A stretch of 64,000 bases of DNA from Nitrospirota bacterium (lineage in GTDB: Bacteria; Nitrospirota; UBA9217). Where the stretch lies: assembly GCA_963818475.1 (NCBI GenBank), contig CAWFSF010000006.1:832001-896000 (forward strand), in the 5' to 3' direction. Positions within the stretch are counted from its first letter, which is position 1. Every line of letters starts with the position of its first letter. The position numbers and the translations under genes were made by a program. Shown piece after piece: positions 9,123 through 20,053 of this stretch. The notes under the pieces were generated by a model. The model was not told where the DNA came from. It worked only from the letters and a program-made list of their open reading frames with translations, and searched no databases.

Positions 9123-11654
9123 ATGAACAGTTTTGAACTCATTGCTTACCCGCTGTTGCCGATCTCTGCGATGGAGCTTCTTCTGGGATTTCTCCTGCTG
9201 ACCCAGAACCAACGAAGCAGTCCCGTACACCGGTCCGTGGCAGCCATGGCATTTTTTTCGGCTGCCTACTCGCTGACTACCGCGGTCATGTATCTCTTGG
9301 CTTCCCAGGGGCACAATTACAGCTTCTTCACCCGGCTGAACTGGATCGGGTGGCTTGCCATTCCCGCCGGTCTGCAATTTCTTTATTATCTCAGGCCTGA
9401 AGCAAGCCGTGCTGCCCGCATGGTAGGGTACGTTTTGTATCCCTACTGGGCTGTTATGCTGACGCTCTGCCTGTTTACCGATCTGATCGTAACGCCTCAC
9501 TATTCGCTCATACCCTACCTGAACCATCCGGGCCCCCTTGAAATTCCTGTACGCATCAGCGGCGCGTTCATGCTCCTTTGGCTGATCGTCGAAGTAATGA
9601 GCATCAGGCGTCATTTGACCGGAATAAAAAAGTTCCAGCTCGATCATTTTTTTTATGGCGTGATGATTTTCGCGATCGCCGGAGTGATCATCGCGGGCAT
9701 CATGCCGGCGATCGGCGGTTTTGGCATCGAACCGAGTCTGGGAGCCTATTTCAGCCTGCCCTGGGTGGTCCTCACTTTTTACGCCATTGTCCGGCACAGC
9801 CTCTTTGAGATACGGACCATTTTATCGAGGGCGATGAGCATCCTTCTTCTGGTCCTCATCTGTTCGGGAATTCAGGCGGCCATCCTGACAACGATCGAAC
9901 CCGCTTTTGGAACAATGCTGTCGCTTGTTGTCTCGCTCTCGGTCCTTGGTTTTTTCCTGTTCGGAACAACCGTCAGCAGAAAACTGCAGTCCATCGTCAA
10001 CAGTCTCATCATCGGCAGCCGTTACAATTATGAGACCCTCATGCGGGAGGCGATCGTAACGCTGAACGCAAAGCATGACGGGCATGGGCTGATTGATTAT
10101 TTGATCGAGACAACCTGCGCCGGGCTTAACGTCAGGGATGTGGGTGTCTACGTCCATGCAGTTGAGGACGGCTTTGTTATGCGGCAGGGGTGCGGCTGCT
10201 TCTCCGCCATGAAGGGCCGGCGCTCGCTCGCAGACATCGCGGTAACAAAGCTGCAGGAAGCGAACCGCTCGCTGATCCTGAAGGAGATCGCAGGGGCGGG
10301 AGAAGAGCGGGAACCGTTCGCTCTCAGCACGTATATGCGGGGGATCGGCGCCGAGGCGCTCGTGCCGCTGCTGTTCCAGGGAAGGCTGCAGGGGGTGCTG
10401 GTACTCGGCGCGAAAACGAGCGGCGAGATGTTCGGGCAGAGCGACGTCGGCTTTCTCGAAACACTGGCCGCGCACGCTGCGAGCGGGCTGGAAAATGCCA
10501 GGCTCCATGAGATCACGCGCAAGGTCCGGTCATCGCTGCTGGAGAGCGAGGAACGTTTCACGACACTGGCGCAGAAGATGCCGGCGGCCGTCTTTATTCA
10601 CCGGGGAGCGTCGATCGTCTATGCCAATAACGCGGCAGAGGAGATGACGGGATATCCGCAGGAACGGCTGATGACGATGCACATCCGCGACATACTCCTT
10701 CCGGAGTACCGGGAGGCGATCCAGCCGCATGGTCTCGAGAGGACCGAACCTCCGTTGCGCTATGCGGAGAAGGAAGTACGGATATCGCGGCTGAACGGGA
10801 GCGAACGGTGGGCGGTCATGACGTCGTCGGTCATTGAATATGGAGAACAGGCGGCGGTTATCTGGATCTTTTTTGACATAACGGAGCACAGGCGGAATGA
10901 AGCCAGGCTTCGGTACGAACGAATCCGGGACGCGGTAGGAAGGATGGCAACCTACATTGCGGGCGATCTCGAGGGCATGGTGAAGGACATCCGCCGCGTC
11001 ACGGAACTTCACTCGCAGGGAGACGACGGTGACGGCACCACAGAACTGGCGCATAAGATCCTGTCCAGGATGCAGCAGGCGGAGCTCCTTGTCCGCACCC
11101 TCAACGAGCTCGGCACCCGCCAGGAAACAAAACGGACCCTCCAGGATATCAGTGAACTCGTCGGGAAAAGACGGCAGATCCTGGCAGCGATACTGAGCGG
11201 AAAGTGCGAACTCGTGATGCGATCTTCACCGGAACCGCTGAAGGTCATGGTTGATCCGATCAAACTGGAAAGTGCGCTCATGAACCTGGTGATCAACGCG
11301 CGTGACCAGATGCCGCACGGTGGGGTCGTGACCGTAGCCATCGGCCGCGCCTCGATCGATGCCGATTTTATCCGGCGGACCGGATATGGAAGGGTCGGGG
11401 CCTATGCCACCGTCTCCGTAAGCGATACCGGGGAAGGCATGGGTTCCGTGGAACAGGAGCGTATCTTTGAGCCCTTCTTCACAGCGCGGGCAGACCGGAA
11501 GGAAAGCGGCATCGGCCTTTCAATGGTGTACGACATCATTAAAGAACATGAGGGGTACCTGACGGTAACGAGCCCGCCCGGACAGGGCTGCTCCTGCATG
11601 GCCTATCTTCCACTGGTGCCCGAGGGGCAAACGGGGAAAAATAATGTTTTATGA
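9123..11654 (+). CDS. Multi-TM GAF-PAS histidine kinase-like protein with degenerate H-box
   Basis: About 9 hydrophobic segments, GAF, PAS (YANNAAEEMTGY) and HATPase (MNLVINARD, SDTGEG, FEPFFT). H-box reads IAGDL instead of IAHDF. Confidence 0.85.
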   Translation: MNSFELIAYPLLPISAMELLLGFLLLTQNQRSSPVHRSVAAMAFFSAAYSLTTAVMYLLASQGHNYSFFTRLNWIGWLAIPAGLQFLYYLRPEASRAARMVGYVLYPYWAVMLTLCLFTDLIVTPHYSLIPYLNHPGPLEIPVRISGAFMLLWLIVEVMSIRRHLTGIKKFQLDHFFYGVMIFAIAGVIIAGIMPAIGGFGIEPSLGAYFSLPWVVLTFYAIVRHSLFEIRTILSRAMSILLLVLICSGIQAAILTTIEPAFGTMLSLVVSLSVLGFFLFGTTVSRKLQSIVNSLIIGSRYNYETLMREAIVTLNAKHDGHGLIDYLIETTCAGLNVRDVGVYVHAVEDGFVMRQGCGCFSAMKGRRSLADIAVTKLQEANRSLILKEIAGAGEEREPFALSTYMRGIGAEALVPLLFQGRLQGVLVLGAKTSGEMFGQSDVGFLETLAAHAASGLENARLHEITRKVRSSLLESEERFTTLAQKMPAAVFIHRGASIVYANNAAEEMTGYPQERLMTMHIRDILLPEYREAIQPHGLERTEPPLRYAEKEVRISRLNGSERWAVMTSSVIEYGEQAAVIWIFFDITEHRRNEARLRYERIRDAVGRMATYIAGDLEGMVKDIRRVTELHSQGDDGDGTTELAHKILSRMQQAELLVRTLNELGTRQETKRTLQDISELVGKRRQILAAILSGKCELVMRSSPEPLKVMVDPIKLESALMNLVINARDQMPHGGVVTVAIGRASIDADFIRRTGYGRVGAYATVSVSDTGEGMGSVEQERIFEPFFTARADRKESGIGLSMVYDIIKEHEGYLTVTSPPGQGCSCMAYLPLVPEGQTGKNNVL

Positions 11655-11726
11655 ATTGTAACTGTGCAGGTGTCCATAAATAACAGACTAAACCAGCGGG
11701 TTTCGATCTGCCATACCTCGCATTTT

Positions 11727-11790
11727 TGTCATTTAATCGGGAATCCAGACGTCCCTGGATCCCCGATAGGATCATTCGGGGACGACGGAT
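11727..11790. repeat. CGGGAATCCAG...CTGGATCCCCG-type intergenic palindromic repeat
   Basis: ATCGGGAATCCAG-N6-CTGGATCCCCGAT nested in GTCA...GACGAC, between convergent genes. Confidence 0.5.
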
Positions 11791-11817
11791 ATGGGGGTGC
11801 TGAATAGTTCCATGAAT

Positions 11818-13578
11818 TTAAGATTTCACCAGGACTTTGACCTTCGTCCCTTTTCCCGGAACGCTTTCGATCTGCAGGTCCCATCCGTGCGCTTTCACCA
11901 GGTGTTTGACGATCGCAAGGCCAAGACCCGTCCCCCCCATGTTTCGTGAACGGCCCGGATCGACCCGGTAGAACCGTTCCCCCAGCCGCGACAGATGTTT
12001 TTTCGCAATGCCGATGCCGGTATCTTCTACATACAGGCAGGTCAATCCGTTCTCCTGCACAGTGCCGAAGGTAACGCCGCCTTTATCCGTGAACTTGATC
12101 GCGTTTTCAACGAGGTTGATAAGGATCTGGATGAGACGGTTCCTGTCAGCTTCGATCGATACCGGCACCGGGAGCAGCTCCATCCTGAGGGTCAGATTCT
12201 TTGCGTCCGCTTTCTCCTGCAGCATTTCCATGATCTGCCCGCCCACATCCTCAAGATCGACCGGGGTTTTCTGCACGGAGATTACACCCAGTTCGAGTTT
12301 TGAGATGGTCATGAGGTCGTCCACCAGGCTGTTGATGCGCTCGCTGTTCGCTTTGATGGTCCTGAGAAACTTATGTACATGTTCTGTATCTTCCAGGGCT
12401 CCTTCCAGGAGCGTCTCGGCAAATCCCTGGATGACCGTTATAGGCGTCTTGATCTCATGAGAGATGTTGGCCACAAAATCTTTTCTGGTTTGCTCGAACT
12501 TTTTGAGCTTCGTTATGTCGTGGAAGATCGCGATGTACCCGGACAGATCTGTCTCGTTATAGGAAAGAGGGGAGACCTGGACCACGCAGTATTGCTCCAG
12601 CGGCGAGTCGATCCTTATTTCAGCGACACCGGCTGCCCGTTTTTTTTGCACCTCTTCCATCAGCGTCAGGAACTCGCTGTTGCGGAAGACCTCGATGAAC
12701 CGTCTTCCCTGGAGCGCCGTCTCGCCGAACAGTTTCCTGGCTGCCAGGCTCGACAGAACGATGACACCCTGAGCGTCGATGATGAACAGGGCGTCGGGTA
12801 TGTTCCTGAGGATCATGTTCAGGCGATATTTCTCTTCATCGCTTTCGGCGACGCTTTTTTGCAGTTCAAGAGACATGGTGTTCAGGCTTTCGGCGATCTC
12901 GTCGAACTCTCCTGCACGCTCAAGGAAGAGTTTTTTGCCCAGTTCTCCGCGCGCAAGCGATCGGGAAAAATCACGGATCCGGCTGGTCAGTCTCCGGATA
13001 TATTCGATCTGCCAGAGAGAGAACAGGCCTGTTGCCAGAAGGATCGAAATGCCGACGGTCAGGACCTTTATCCTGATGATATTGATCGATCGGTCTATGT
13101 CCCTGAGCGGCACGCTCAGCCGGACAAAGCCTGCGGGCTCTCCGCCTACCGTGATCTTCTGAGCCACATAGAGAAAATCGTATCTGGTCGTATCGCTGAA
13201 GCGAATGGCCATGCCCCTGTTGTTCAAAAGCGCCTGCTGTATCTCCTGCCGGTGTGCATGGTTGTCCATGTCCATTGAGGGACTGTCGGAGTCGCCCAGG
13301 ACCCTTCCGTCGAGAGCGATGACCGTTACCCGTGCCCCTGTTTTGTTCTTCAGTTGTTTGCAGGTGTCGTCGAGCGGGGAAAGCGAATGAAAGGAGAGGC
13401 GGTCGGCGATCAGGGACGCCTGAACAGCGAGGTTGTCTCGCAGCGTTGCGATGTGGTTTTCCCGGAGGGCGGTTGTGATATATACTTCGATGAACAGAAT
13501 GGCCAGGAGCATGACGCCGCCGTAGATGATAAAGATGCGCTGGAATATGCCCCGGTTCTTTATCGCGTCATTCGACAT
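11818..13578 (-). CDS. phoR: PhoR-like PAS/HAMP sensor histidine kinase
   Basis: MDNHAHRQEI sensor motif, HAMP, PAS, RKDFVANISHEIKTP and ERFYRVDPGRSRNMGGTGLGLAIVKH. Confidence 0.8.
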   Translation of the reverse strand: MSNDAIKNRGIFQRIFIIYGGVMLLAILFIEVYITTALRENHIATLRDNLAVQASLIADRLSFHSLSPLDDTCKQLKNKTGARVTVIALDGRVLGDSDSPSMDMDNHAHRQEIQQALLNNRGMAIRFSDTTRYDFLYVAQKITVGGEPAGFVRLSVPLRDIDRSINIIRIKVLTVGISILLATGLFSLWQIEYIRRLTSRIRDFSRSLARGELGKKLFLERAGEFDEIAESLNTMSLELQKSVAESDEEKYRLNMILRNIPDALFIIDAQGVIVLSSLAARKLFGETALQGRRFIEVFRNSEFLTLMEEVQKKRAAGVAEIRIDSPLEQYCVVQVSPLSYNETDLSGYIAIFHDITKLKKFEQTRKDFVANISHEIKTPITVIQGFAETLLEGALEDTEHVHKFLRTIKANSERINSLVDDLMTISKLELGVISVQKTPVDLEDVGGQIMEMLQEKADAKNLTLRMELLPVPVSIEADRNRLIQILINLVENAIKFTDKGGVTFGTVQENGLTCLYVEDTGIGIAKKHLSRLGERFYRVDPGRSRNMGGTGLGLAIVKHLVKAHGWDLQIESVPGKGTKVKVLVKS

Positions 13579-13736
13579 AATAGCCTGCGCCTCGATGCTT
13601 TGATGTGTGCTGCCACGGCTGACCGTTCGAGAAAACTATAACATAAACTGAAAAAAAAAGGAATGCCGGCCCGGAGCAACCACCGGATTTATCTGGTATA
13701 CTTTGGCCAGCATTGAACATTCCAAAGGAGGATGCC

Positions 13737-14222
13737 ATGAAATATACGAATCTATTGGTCCTGGTTGTGGCGCTTTTGCTGCCCTTCGGTCTTGTCGCGT
13801 ATGGGGAGGAGGAAAAACAGCCTGCCAAGGAAGCTGCTCCGACAGCAGCAACGGAAGGTCGCTCCCCCGGTGCGGTCAAAAAAGTGAAACGTGTTGTGGC
13901 TGCCGTGGACGCTGACGGAGTGCAGCGTGTTGAGGTCGTGGGTGGGGGCTATTTCTTCGACCCCAACTACATCATCGTGAAGGTGAACGTGCCGGTTGAG
14001 TTGAAGGTCAGGAAGGAAGACGGATTTGTGCCTCATGATATCGTGGTGAAAGCGCCGGAGGCGGGAATCAATTTCTCGGAATCACTCGGCAAGGCCCCCA
14101 AGGTCATCAAATTCACGCCAACGGCAATTGGGAAATATGAGATGTATTGCGGCAAGAAGCTCTTATTTGTAAAAAGCCACAAGGAACGCGGCATGGACGG
14201 CATAATAGAGGTTGTTCAATAG
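13737..14222 (+). CDS. Exported cupredoxin-domain protein
   Basis: Signal peptide; HDIVV...YC...SH...GM type-1 copper ligand pattern. Confidence 0.8.
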   Translation: MKYTNLLVLVVALLLPFGLVAYGEEEKQPAKEAAPTAATEGRSPGAVKKVKRVVAAVDADGVQRVEVVGGGYFFDPNYIIVKVNVPVELKVRKEDGFVPHDIVVKAPEAGINFSESLGKAPKVIKFTPTAIGKYEMYCGKKLLFVKSHKERGMDGIIEVVQ

Positions 14223-14228
14223 AACAAA

Positions 14229-14259
14229 GGACGGCCGGGCCTTGGTCCCGGCCGTTTCC
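14229..14259 (+). terminator. Stem-loop after the cupredoxin gene
   Basis: ACGGCCGGG-CCTTGGT-CCCGGCCGT followed by TT. Confidence 0.5.
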
Positions 14260-14386
14260 ATAAAAGCTCCCTTCCACAACCTCGCAGTGTAAATCTTTTC
14301 AGGTTTTCGTGTACCGCCACCCCGCATTATTGCTCAGCATGGTCCTCCAACCGGGGCGCTTCCCGAAGGGGGGAATACTGTTTTGA

Positions 14387-15349
14387 TTGACTTCCCGGCC
14401 GCACCTTGATACTATATTATCAATGTTACGGTTTCTTGCGAAAAGACCTGCCCTCGGGCTTGAAATAACATCAACAGCACTGCGGCTTGCAGCAATTTCC
14501 GGGAAAGGGGCGACTGCCTCTGTTCTCGGGACGGCACGGGCGGTTGTTCCCGCCGGCATGGTGAGCGAAAGCTACGGTGCACCCAACCTTGACGCTCCCC
14601 AAGATCTTTCCCGCCTGTTACGTGACTGCCTGACCGGCCTGGGACGGCCCGACATCCGCCGTGTGGCACTCAGTTTGCCCGACAGCGTATTCCGCGTGCA
14701 GACGCTCGATTTTGACACGCTGCCGGGAAAGGCCCTGGACCGGGAACGGCTGATCCGCTGGCGCCTTGAAAAGACCGCAGCCTTCGATGTTGCGGACACG
14801 TCGCTCCGGTACGAGGTCCTCCGGGGACAGGACCGCGGCCTTACGGTGCTGGCCTGCGTTGCCAAACAGAGCGTGCTGGCCCAGTATGAGGCGATGCTCA
14901 CCATGCTCGGCCTCGAACCCTGGTCCATAGGCCTTTCATCTTTTTCTACCTTGAACTTTTACGCTGCGTACCTGACGAAACGGTCTCCGGTCGCCGTGCT
15001 GGCGCATATCACCGATGATGCTTTCGCCACGGTCATTCTCGAGAACGGCGGGGTGCGCTTCTACCGCTATAAAGAGATCAAACGGGGGGGCGTTGACGAG
15101 ATCCGCGCCCGGACCATCCGGGAGATCGAAGACTCCATTCATTTTTATTCGCACATGGACCGCATCCAGGCCGCGGAGATCGGGCATCTCTTTCTCACCG
15201 GCGATGCAGCAGCGGGCGACGGGCTTGCAGAGGGGCTCCATGACAGGATGGGAGTCACGGTCGAATTGCTGTCCCCGGCAGTCGTCCTGTCCCGGGGGCA
15301 GGCGGAGCCGGACCTTGCTGCGGCCCTCGGAGCCGGAGGTTCTTTGTGA
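14387..15349 (+). CDS. PilM/GspL-like actin-fold assembly protein
   Basis: LGLEIT, VALSLPD, LFLTG and AAALGA motifs; first gene of the cluster; the start may be ATG 14423. Confidence 0.75.
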   Translation: MTSRPHLDTILSMLRFLAKRPALGLEITSTALRLAAISGKGATASVLGTARAVVPAGMVSESYGAPNLDAPQDLSRLLRDCLTGLGRPDIRRVALSLPDSVFRVQTLDFDTLPGKALDRERLIRWRLEKTAAFDVADTSLRYEVLRGQDRGLTVLACVAKQSVLAQYEAMLTMLGLEPWSIGLSSFSTLNFYAAYLTKRSPVAVLAHITDDAFATVILENGGVRFYRYKEIKRGGVDEIRARTIREIEDSIHFYSHMDRIQAAEIGHLFLTGDAAAGDGLAEGLHDRMGVTVELLSPAVVLSRGQAEPDLAAALGAGGSL

Positions 15350-15882
15350 TCACGATCAATTTTGCAAGCATAAATTACCGGCTCGCGTCACGCTTGTCAG
15401 CAGGGCTGACTGTCGTTACCGTTTTGCTCACTGCGGTATTGGCGATCCAGATATGGGGTTTCACGGGATCGCGGGCCGACCGTATTGCTCTGGAGCAGAA
15501 ACTGAAACAGCAATCCGACCGGGAGGAGCAGATCCGGCCGGTCCTGCAGGAACGGGCACAGATCGTGAGCGACCTGACGGCCATGGCCGGCCTGATGGAG
15601 GCGCGGCGCTTCTCCTGGACCAGGCTGCTGACCAGTCTGGAAACGGCCTTTCCCACCGGCGTTGCTCTGACAAAACTGGAATTCGATCCCAAAGAGCGGA
15701 CCCTGGTGATCGAAGGCGTGGCACAGTCTCCGGAGGCGCTCCGCAATCTGATGGTCGGACTTGAAAAGTCGACCTACTTTAAGGACCCGCTGCTGAAGCA
15801 TCAATCCGTGGACAAGGGGATCATTTCGTTCAATGTCGCTTCCTTCTATACCGACCATATCGTGGCCCTTCGGGCTCGCTGA
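15346..15882 (+). CDS. PilN-domain protein
   Basis: INFAS N-terminal motif, TM, coiled coil, FSWTRLLTSLE, GVAQS. Confidence 0.8.
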   Translation: MITINFASINYRLASRLSAGLTVVTVLLTAVLAIQIWGFTGSRADRIALEQKLKQQSDREEQIRPVLQERAQIVSDLTAMAGLMEARRFSWTRLLTSLETAFPTGVALTKLEFDPKERTLVIEGVAQSPEALRNLMVGLEKSTYFKDPLLKHQSVDKGIISFNVASFYTDHIVALRAR

Positions 15883-16393
15883 GAACCGCACGCTCAGAAC
15901 CATCGCCCTGATCTGTGCCGTTCTCATCAGTGCGAACGTGCTGTTCTACCTGTTCGTGGCCGCGCCGTCAGCAGCGGGGCTTCGGGAGCTTGGGTCCCGG
16001 CATGCCGAGCTCCGGAAGCGGCATGCCGAAGCAATGCAGTTCCAGAAACAGAAGCAGGCCCTTGCCGGCATCAAGACCGGGATCCAGACGCAGAAGGACA
16101 TGCCGCTCCTCGTCAAGGACCTGGTGCAGACCGCGCGCGGGCTTAACCTCAGGGTTGGGCCGATCAACTACGATATTCCCAAACCCGGAAGCGGGGGGCT
16201 CGCCATGCTCACGTTCTCCTTTCCCGCCCAGGGCAGGTATCCCGATATCAAACGGTTCATTTACGAGACCGAGACCTCACCCCGGCTGGTGGGCATTCAG
16301 GATGTGGAACTGGATTCTGAAAAAGACGGGGTCAAGCTGCAAGTGAAGCTCGTGACCTATATCAGAAGCACCGAAGAAAAGGCGCAACCCTGA
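15833..16393 (+). CDS. PilO/GspM-like protein
   Basis: TM, coiled coil and GRYPDIKRFIYETE; position in the cluster; start uncertain. Confidence 0.75.
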   Translation: MSLPSIPTISWPFGLAENRTLRTIALICAVLISANVLFYLFVAAPSAAGLRELGSRHAELRKRHAEAMQFQKQKQALAGIKTGIQTQKDMPLLVKDLVQTARGLNLRVGPINYDIPKPGSGGLAMLTFSFPAQGRYPDIKRFIYETETSPRLVGIQDVELDSEKDGVKLQVKLVTYIRSTEEKAQP

Positions 16394-17007
16394 TGGCGTT
16401 CAGCAAACAGCAGCAAAAAATCGTTCTGAGCGTGCTGGTCGTGGTCCTTGTACTGGCGATCATCTACCGCTTCGTCACTGGCGAAAAGCCGAAGACCGCG
16501 CCGCTTACCTACCCGCGCGGGGCGGTCGCGACCGCGCCAGTCCGGCAGGGGCTCCCGTCCCCAGCGGCATCTTCGGACCCGCTCACTGTTTTTTTTGCAC
16601 GCCAACACGAGCCCTTTCCCGGTGTCGGTCGCGATTTGTTCAGGATGCAAAATCCCGCGCCCAAACCAACAAAGCCGGCACCGGCCGTTCCTGCTGCTCC
16701 GGTTCCGCCGCCCGTGCCGGAGAAGTCGCCGGAGGAGATCGCAGCAGAGTTTGCCAGGGCGGACCTTTCGAAGTTCCGCTTCCTGGGATACCTGACCGAC
16801 AGGGACCGGTCCCTGTTCCTGTCGAAGGACGGGGAAACGTTCATCGTGAAAAGCGGCGACCGGGTCCTCAAAAACTATACGATCAAGGATGCAGGCAAGG
16901 ATTACGTGATCCTGCTCGATACGGTCACGAATGTCGAGGTGCGTATCGAACTCTCGGGAAGCGGACCTGAACCGGCCGCGCCGCCCCAGCCGCAGAGATT
17001 CAGATGA
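16393..17007 (+). CDS. PilP/GspC-like protein
   Basis: TM, RDLF motif, Pro-rich linker, FRFLGYL...FIVKSGD beta domain. Confidence 0.65.
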   Translation: MAFSKQQQKIVLSVLVVVLVLAIIYRFVTGEKPKTAPLTYPRGAVATAPVRQGLPSPAASSDPLTVFFARQHEPFPGVGRDLFRMQNPAPKPTKPAPAVPAAPVPPPVPEKSPEEIAAEFARADLSKFRFLGYLTDRDRSLFLSKDGETFIVKSGDRVLKNYTIKDAGKDYVILLDTVTNVEVRIELSGSGPEPAAPPQPQRFR

Positions 17008-19383
17008 GGAGATGGATGATGAAAAAGATCGTGCTATTGCTCATGGCCGGCGTCCTGCCGGCGCTCATCGCCGGCTGCGCCGGTTCCCGGGCGTACCAGC
17101 GGGGCGAGACCTATTCCCACCGCGGAGAATGGGACCTGGCGGTCAAGGAATACCGCGAGGCCAACAAGCAGGCGCCCCAGGATATTGAGTACCGCTCATC
17201 ACTGATGCGCGCGGAGGAAACGGCGGCCAACCAGCATTATCAAAAGGCCCGCTCATTCGTCAAGGAGCGCAAACTCGACCAGGCCATCGTGGAGCTGCAG
17301 CAGGCGCTGTTCCTGAATCCGTCGAACGCGGCGATCCAGGGCGCACTCAAGTCGGTGCTCGACATCAAGCAGGCCGAGGAGCATTACCGGGCGGCGCTGA
17401 CGTTTCAGGAGCTGTCAAGACTGAACGACGCCATCACGGAACTGGGCCAAGCCGTCGAACTTGATCCGGAGAACGCCAAATACCATGACGCCCTGGACAA
17501 ACTGCAGAAGAAGAAGACCGAGATCGAGCCTGATGACGCCCTGAACCTGGCATCGGACAAGCCGATCACGCTGAATTTCAAAAATACGAACATCAAGGAG
17601 GTCTTCGAGCTCTTGGCGAAGCTCTCCGGGATCAATATCATGTTCGACGAAGAGGTCAAGGCCCAGCCCATCACCGTCTTTGTCAAGGATGTTTCGTTCC
17701 AGTATGCGTTGAACCTGCTGCTCTCGACGAACAAGCTTTTCATGAAAAAGATCAGCGCCGACACGATCATCATTATCCCCAAGAACAAGTCCAAGTCCGA
17801 CCAGTACCAGGACCTGATGGTGAAGACCTATTACCTCAACTATGCGAAGTCCAAGGAGATCGTGAACCTCCTGCGGTCCATGCTCGATGTCAAAAAGGTG
17901 TACGTCAACGAGATCCTGAACTCCATCACGATCCGCGATACACCCGAGAAGATCAAGCTGGTTGAAAAAATGATCGCAGCCAACGATCTGAAGGAAGGCG
18001 AGGTCATTCTCGACGTCGAGATCCTCGAGATCTCGCGGAGTAACACCCTGAAGTACGGCTGGAATTTCAGTCCCGGGCTTTCGGTCTCCGGAACGATCCA
18101 GAAAACGGATCCGTCCACAGGCGCGGCCGTGACCGACACGGGGATCACCCTGGCGGATTTGCGGAGCTCGGAAAAAAACGGTCTTTTCCTGAGCCTGCCG
18201 GGCATCGTGGTGAATCTGATCAAGCAGGACTCCGATGCCCAGGTCCTGGCCAATCCCCGTGTTCGCGTGCTGAACAACAAGCCGGCCAAGTTCCATATCG
18301 GCGACAAGATACCGATACAAACGTCGGTTGTGCAGGCAGCGGTGGCAGGCCAGACGACCTCGAACTTCGAGTATAAGGACGTGGGCATCAAGCTGAACAT
18401 CGAGCCGACGATCCACCTCAACAGCACGGTGACGCTCAAACTGGGCCTCGAGATCAGCACGCTTGGCGATGCCCTCGACTTCGGCAACGGCCAGAAACAG
18501 TACAAGTTCGGTACGCGCAACACGGACACGATCATCAACCTTCGGGACGGCGAAACGGTGATCATCGGCGGGCTGATCAAGGACGAGGAGCGCCGGGGCA
18601 GCATCAAGATCCCGCTGCTCGGCGATATCCCGATCCTGGGCAAGCTCTTCTCGTCGTCCGATGACGGCACGATCAAGACCGACATCCTCATGTCCATTAC
18701 CCCCAACATCGTGCGGAGCATGGAGATCCCGGACAAGGAGATGCAGAATTTCTGGTCAGGGACGGAGGAGGCATTCGATATCAAGCCGCTCTTCGTGACC
18801 ACGGCAAGCAAGAGCACGCGCGCCCCTGAAAAGGCCGCTTGATAAGACGGCGGTCCTCGACGCCCTGGCAAAACGGGAGCCTGCGGGTGCGGTCGAAGCG
18901 CCCGGGACGGGGACGGCTGCCCCGATCGAACCGCCCGCGGGGCAAAAGCCGGCCCTGCCGCCGACGGCCGGATCGGTACTGGAAATGAAACCCGCCGACG
19001 TGAGCGTGGCCGTAGGACAGGACATGAGATTTGAGCTCTCGGTGGATAACGTGCGCGATCTTTACGGCGCTATTGTCACGCTCGGCTATGATCCGAAGAT
19101 CACGGAATTCAAGACCGCCAGCGAAGGGGCGCTGCTGAAAAAGGACGGCCAGCAGACCTCTTTCCTGTTCTCGAACAACGTCAAGGCGGGGACGGTGGAC
19201 ATCTATATGACGCGGATCGGCGATGTGGGCGGGATAAGCGGTGCGGGAAGCCTGGGCACGCTCGTATTCCAGAGCAAGGCCGGCGGTTCCGGAGAAATAA
19301 GCCTTCGGAGCGTCAAACTGACGAATTCCAGCCGGGAGCCGATCAAGGCGGAGCTCAAGGGAGCGAAGATCACCGTCAAGTAG
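17004..19383 (+). CDS. TPR-containing secretin (GspD-like) with C-terminal cohesin-like domain (one apparent frameshift)
   Basis: Lipobox, TPRs, LANPRVRV, YKDVGIKL and IPLLGDIPILGKLF. A shift near 18833 joins the 18985-19383 cohesin-like ORF (YDP, SGAGSLGTLVF). Confidence 0.85.
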
Positions 19384-19398
19384 CGGGTGTTCCTGATC

Positions 19399-19875
19399 AT
19401 GCAAAAAGGACTTACCCTCATAGAGCTGATGGTCGTGATCGCTATCCTCGGGATCCTCACCGCTGCGGCAATGCCCCTTTCGCGCATGACCGTGAAGCGG
19501 GTCCGGGAGATGGAACTGCGGAGCGACCTCAGGATCCTGCGCAATGCCATCGATGCGTTCAAGAAGGACTGCATCGAAAAAAAGATCGCTTCGGATTATT
19601 GCAAGGCTGAGCGGGACAACTATCCCGAGTCGCTGGAACTGCTGGTCGAACCGGTGAAGCTGGCAGGCGCCGTGGACAGAACAAAAAAATATCTGCGCAG
19701 GATACCGCGCGACCCCATGATGCCGCCTGAGCAGGACGGCAACGCGCACAACTGGGGGCTCCGTGCCTACGGCGATGAGCCTGACTCGACCCAATGGGGC
19801 GGCGACAATGTGTTCGACGTCTATTCCCGGAGCGAGGCGATCGCCCTGGACGGGACCAGGTACAATACGTGGTGA
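19399..19875 (+). CDS. Type II secretion pseudopilin (GspG-like)
   Basis: KG|LTLIEL prepilin motif, YPESLELLV, YLRRIPRDPM, GTRYNTW. Confidence 0.9.
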   Translation: MQKGLTLIELMVVIAILGILTAAAMPLSRMTVKRVREMELRSDLRILRNAIDAFKKDCIEKKIASDYCKAERDNYPESLELLVEPVKLAGAVDRTKKYLRRIPRDPMMPPEQDGNAHNWGLRAYGDEPDSTQWGGDNVFDVYSRSEAIALDGTRYNTW

Positions 19876-19904
19876 AGGCGGGACGGAGATAAACCGTAAA
19901 ATGT

Positions 19905-20018
19905 TTTGCCACGAAGACACGAAGACACGAAGACACAAAGTGCAGCCTTAATCTAATCATTAAAGCGATTTATTCATCAGTTTTGTTGTTCTTCGTGACT
20001 TCGAGCCTTCGTGGCAAA
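19905..20018. repeat. Inverted arms of 8-nt tandem repeats (CACGAAGA/TCTTCGTG)
   Basis: TTTGCCACGAAGACACGAAGACACGAAGACAC pairs with CTTCGTGACTTCGAGCCTTCGTGGCAAA. Confidence 0.7.
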
Positions 20019-20053
20019 TTTTGGTTCCGGATTGTCCGGTCAGGAACAAGCAA

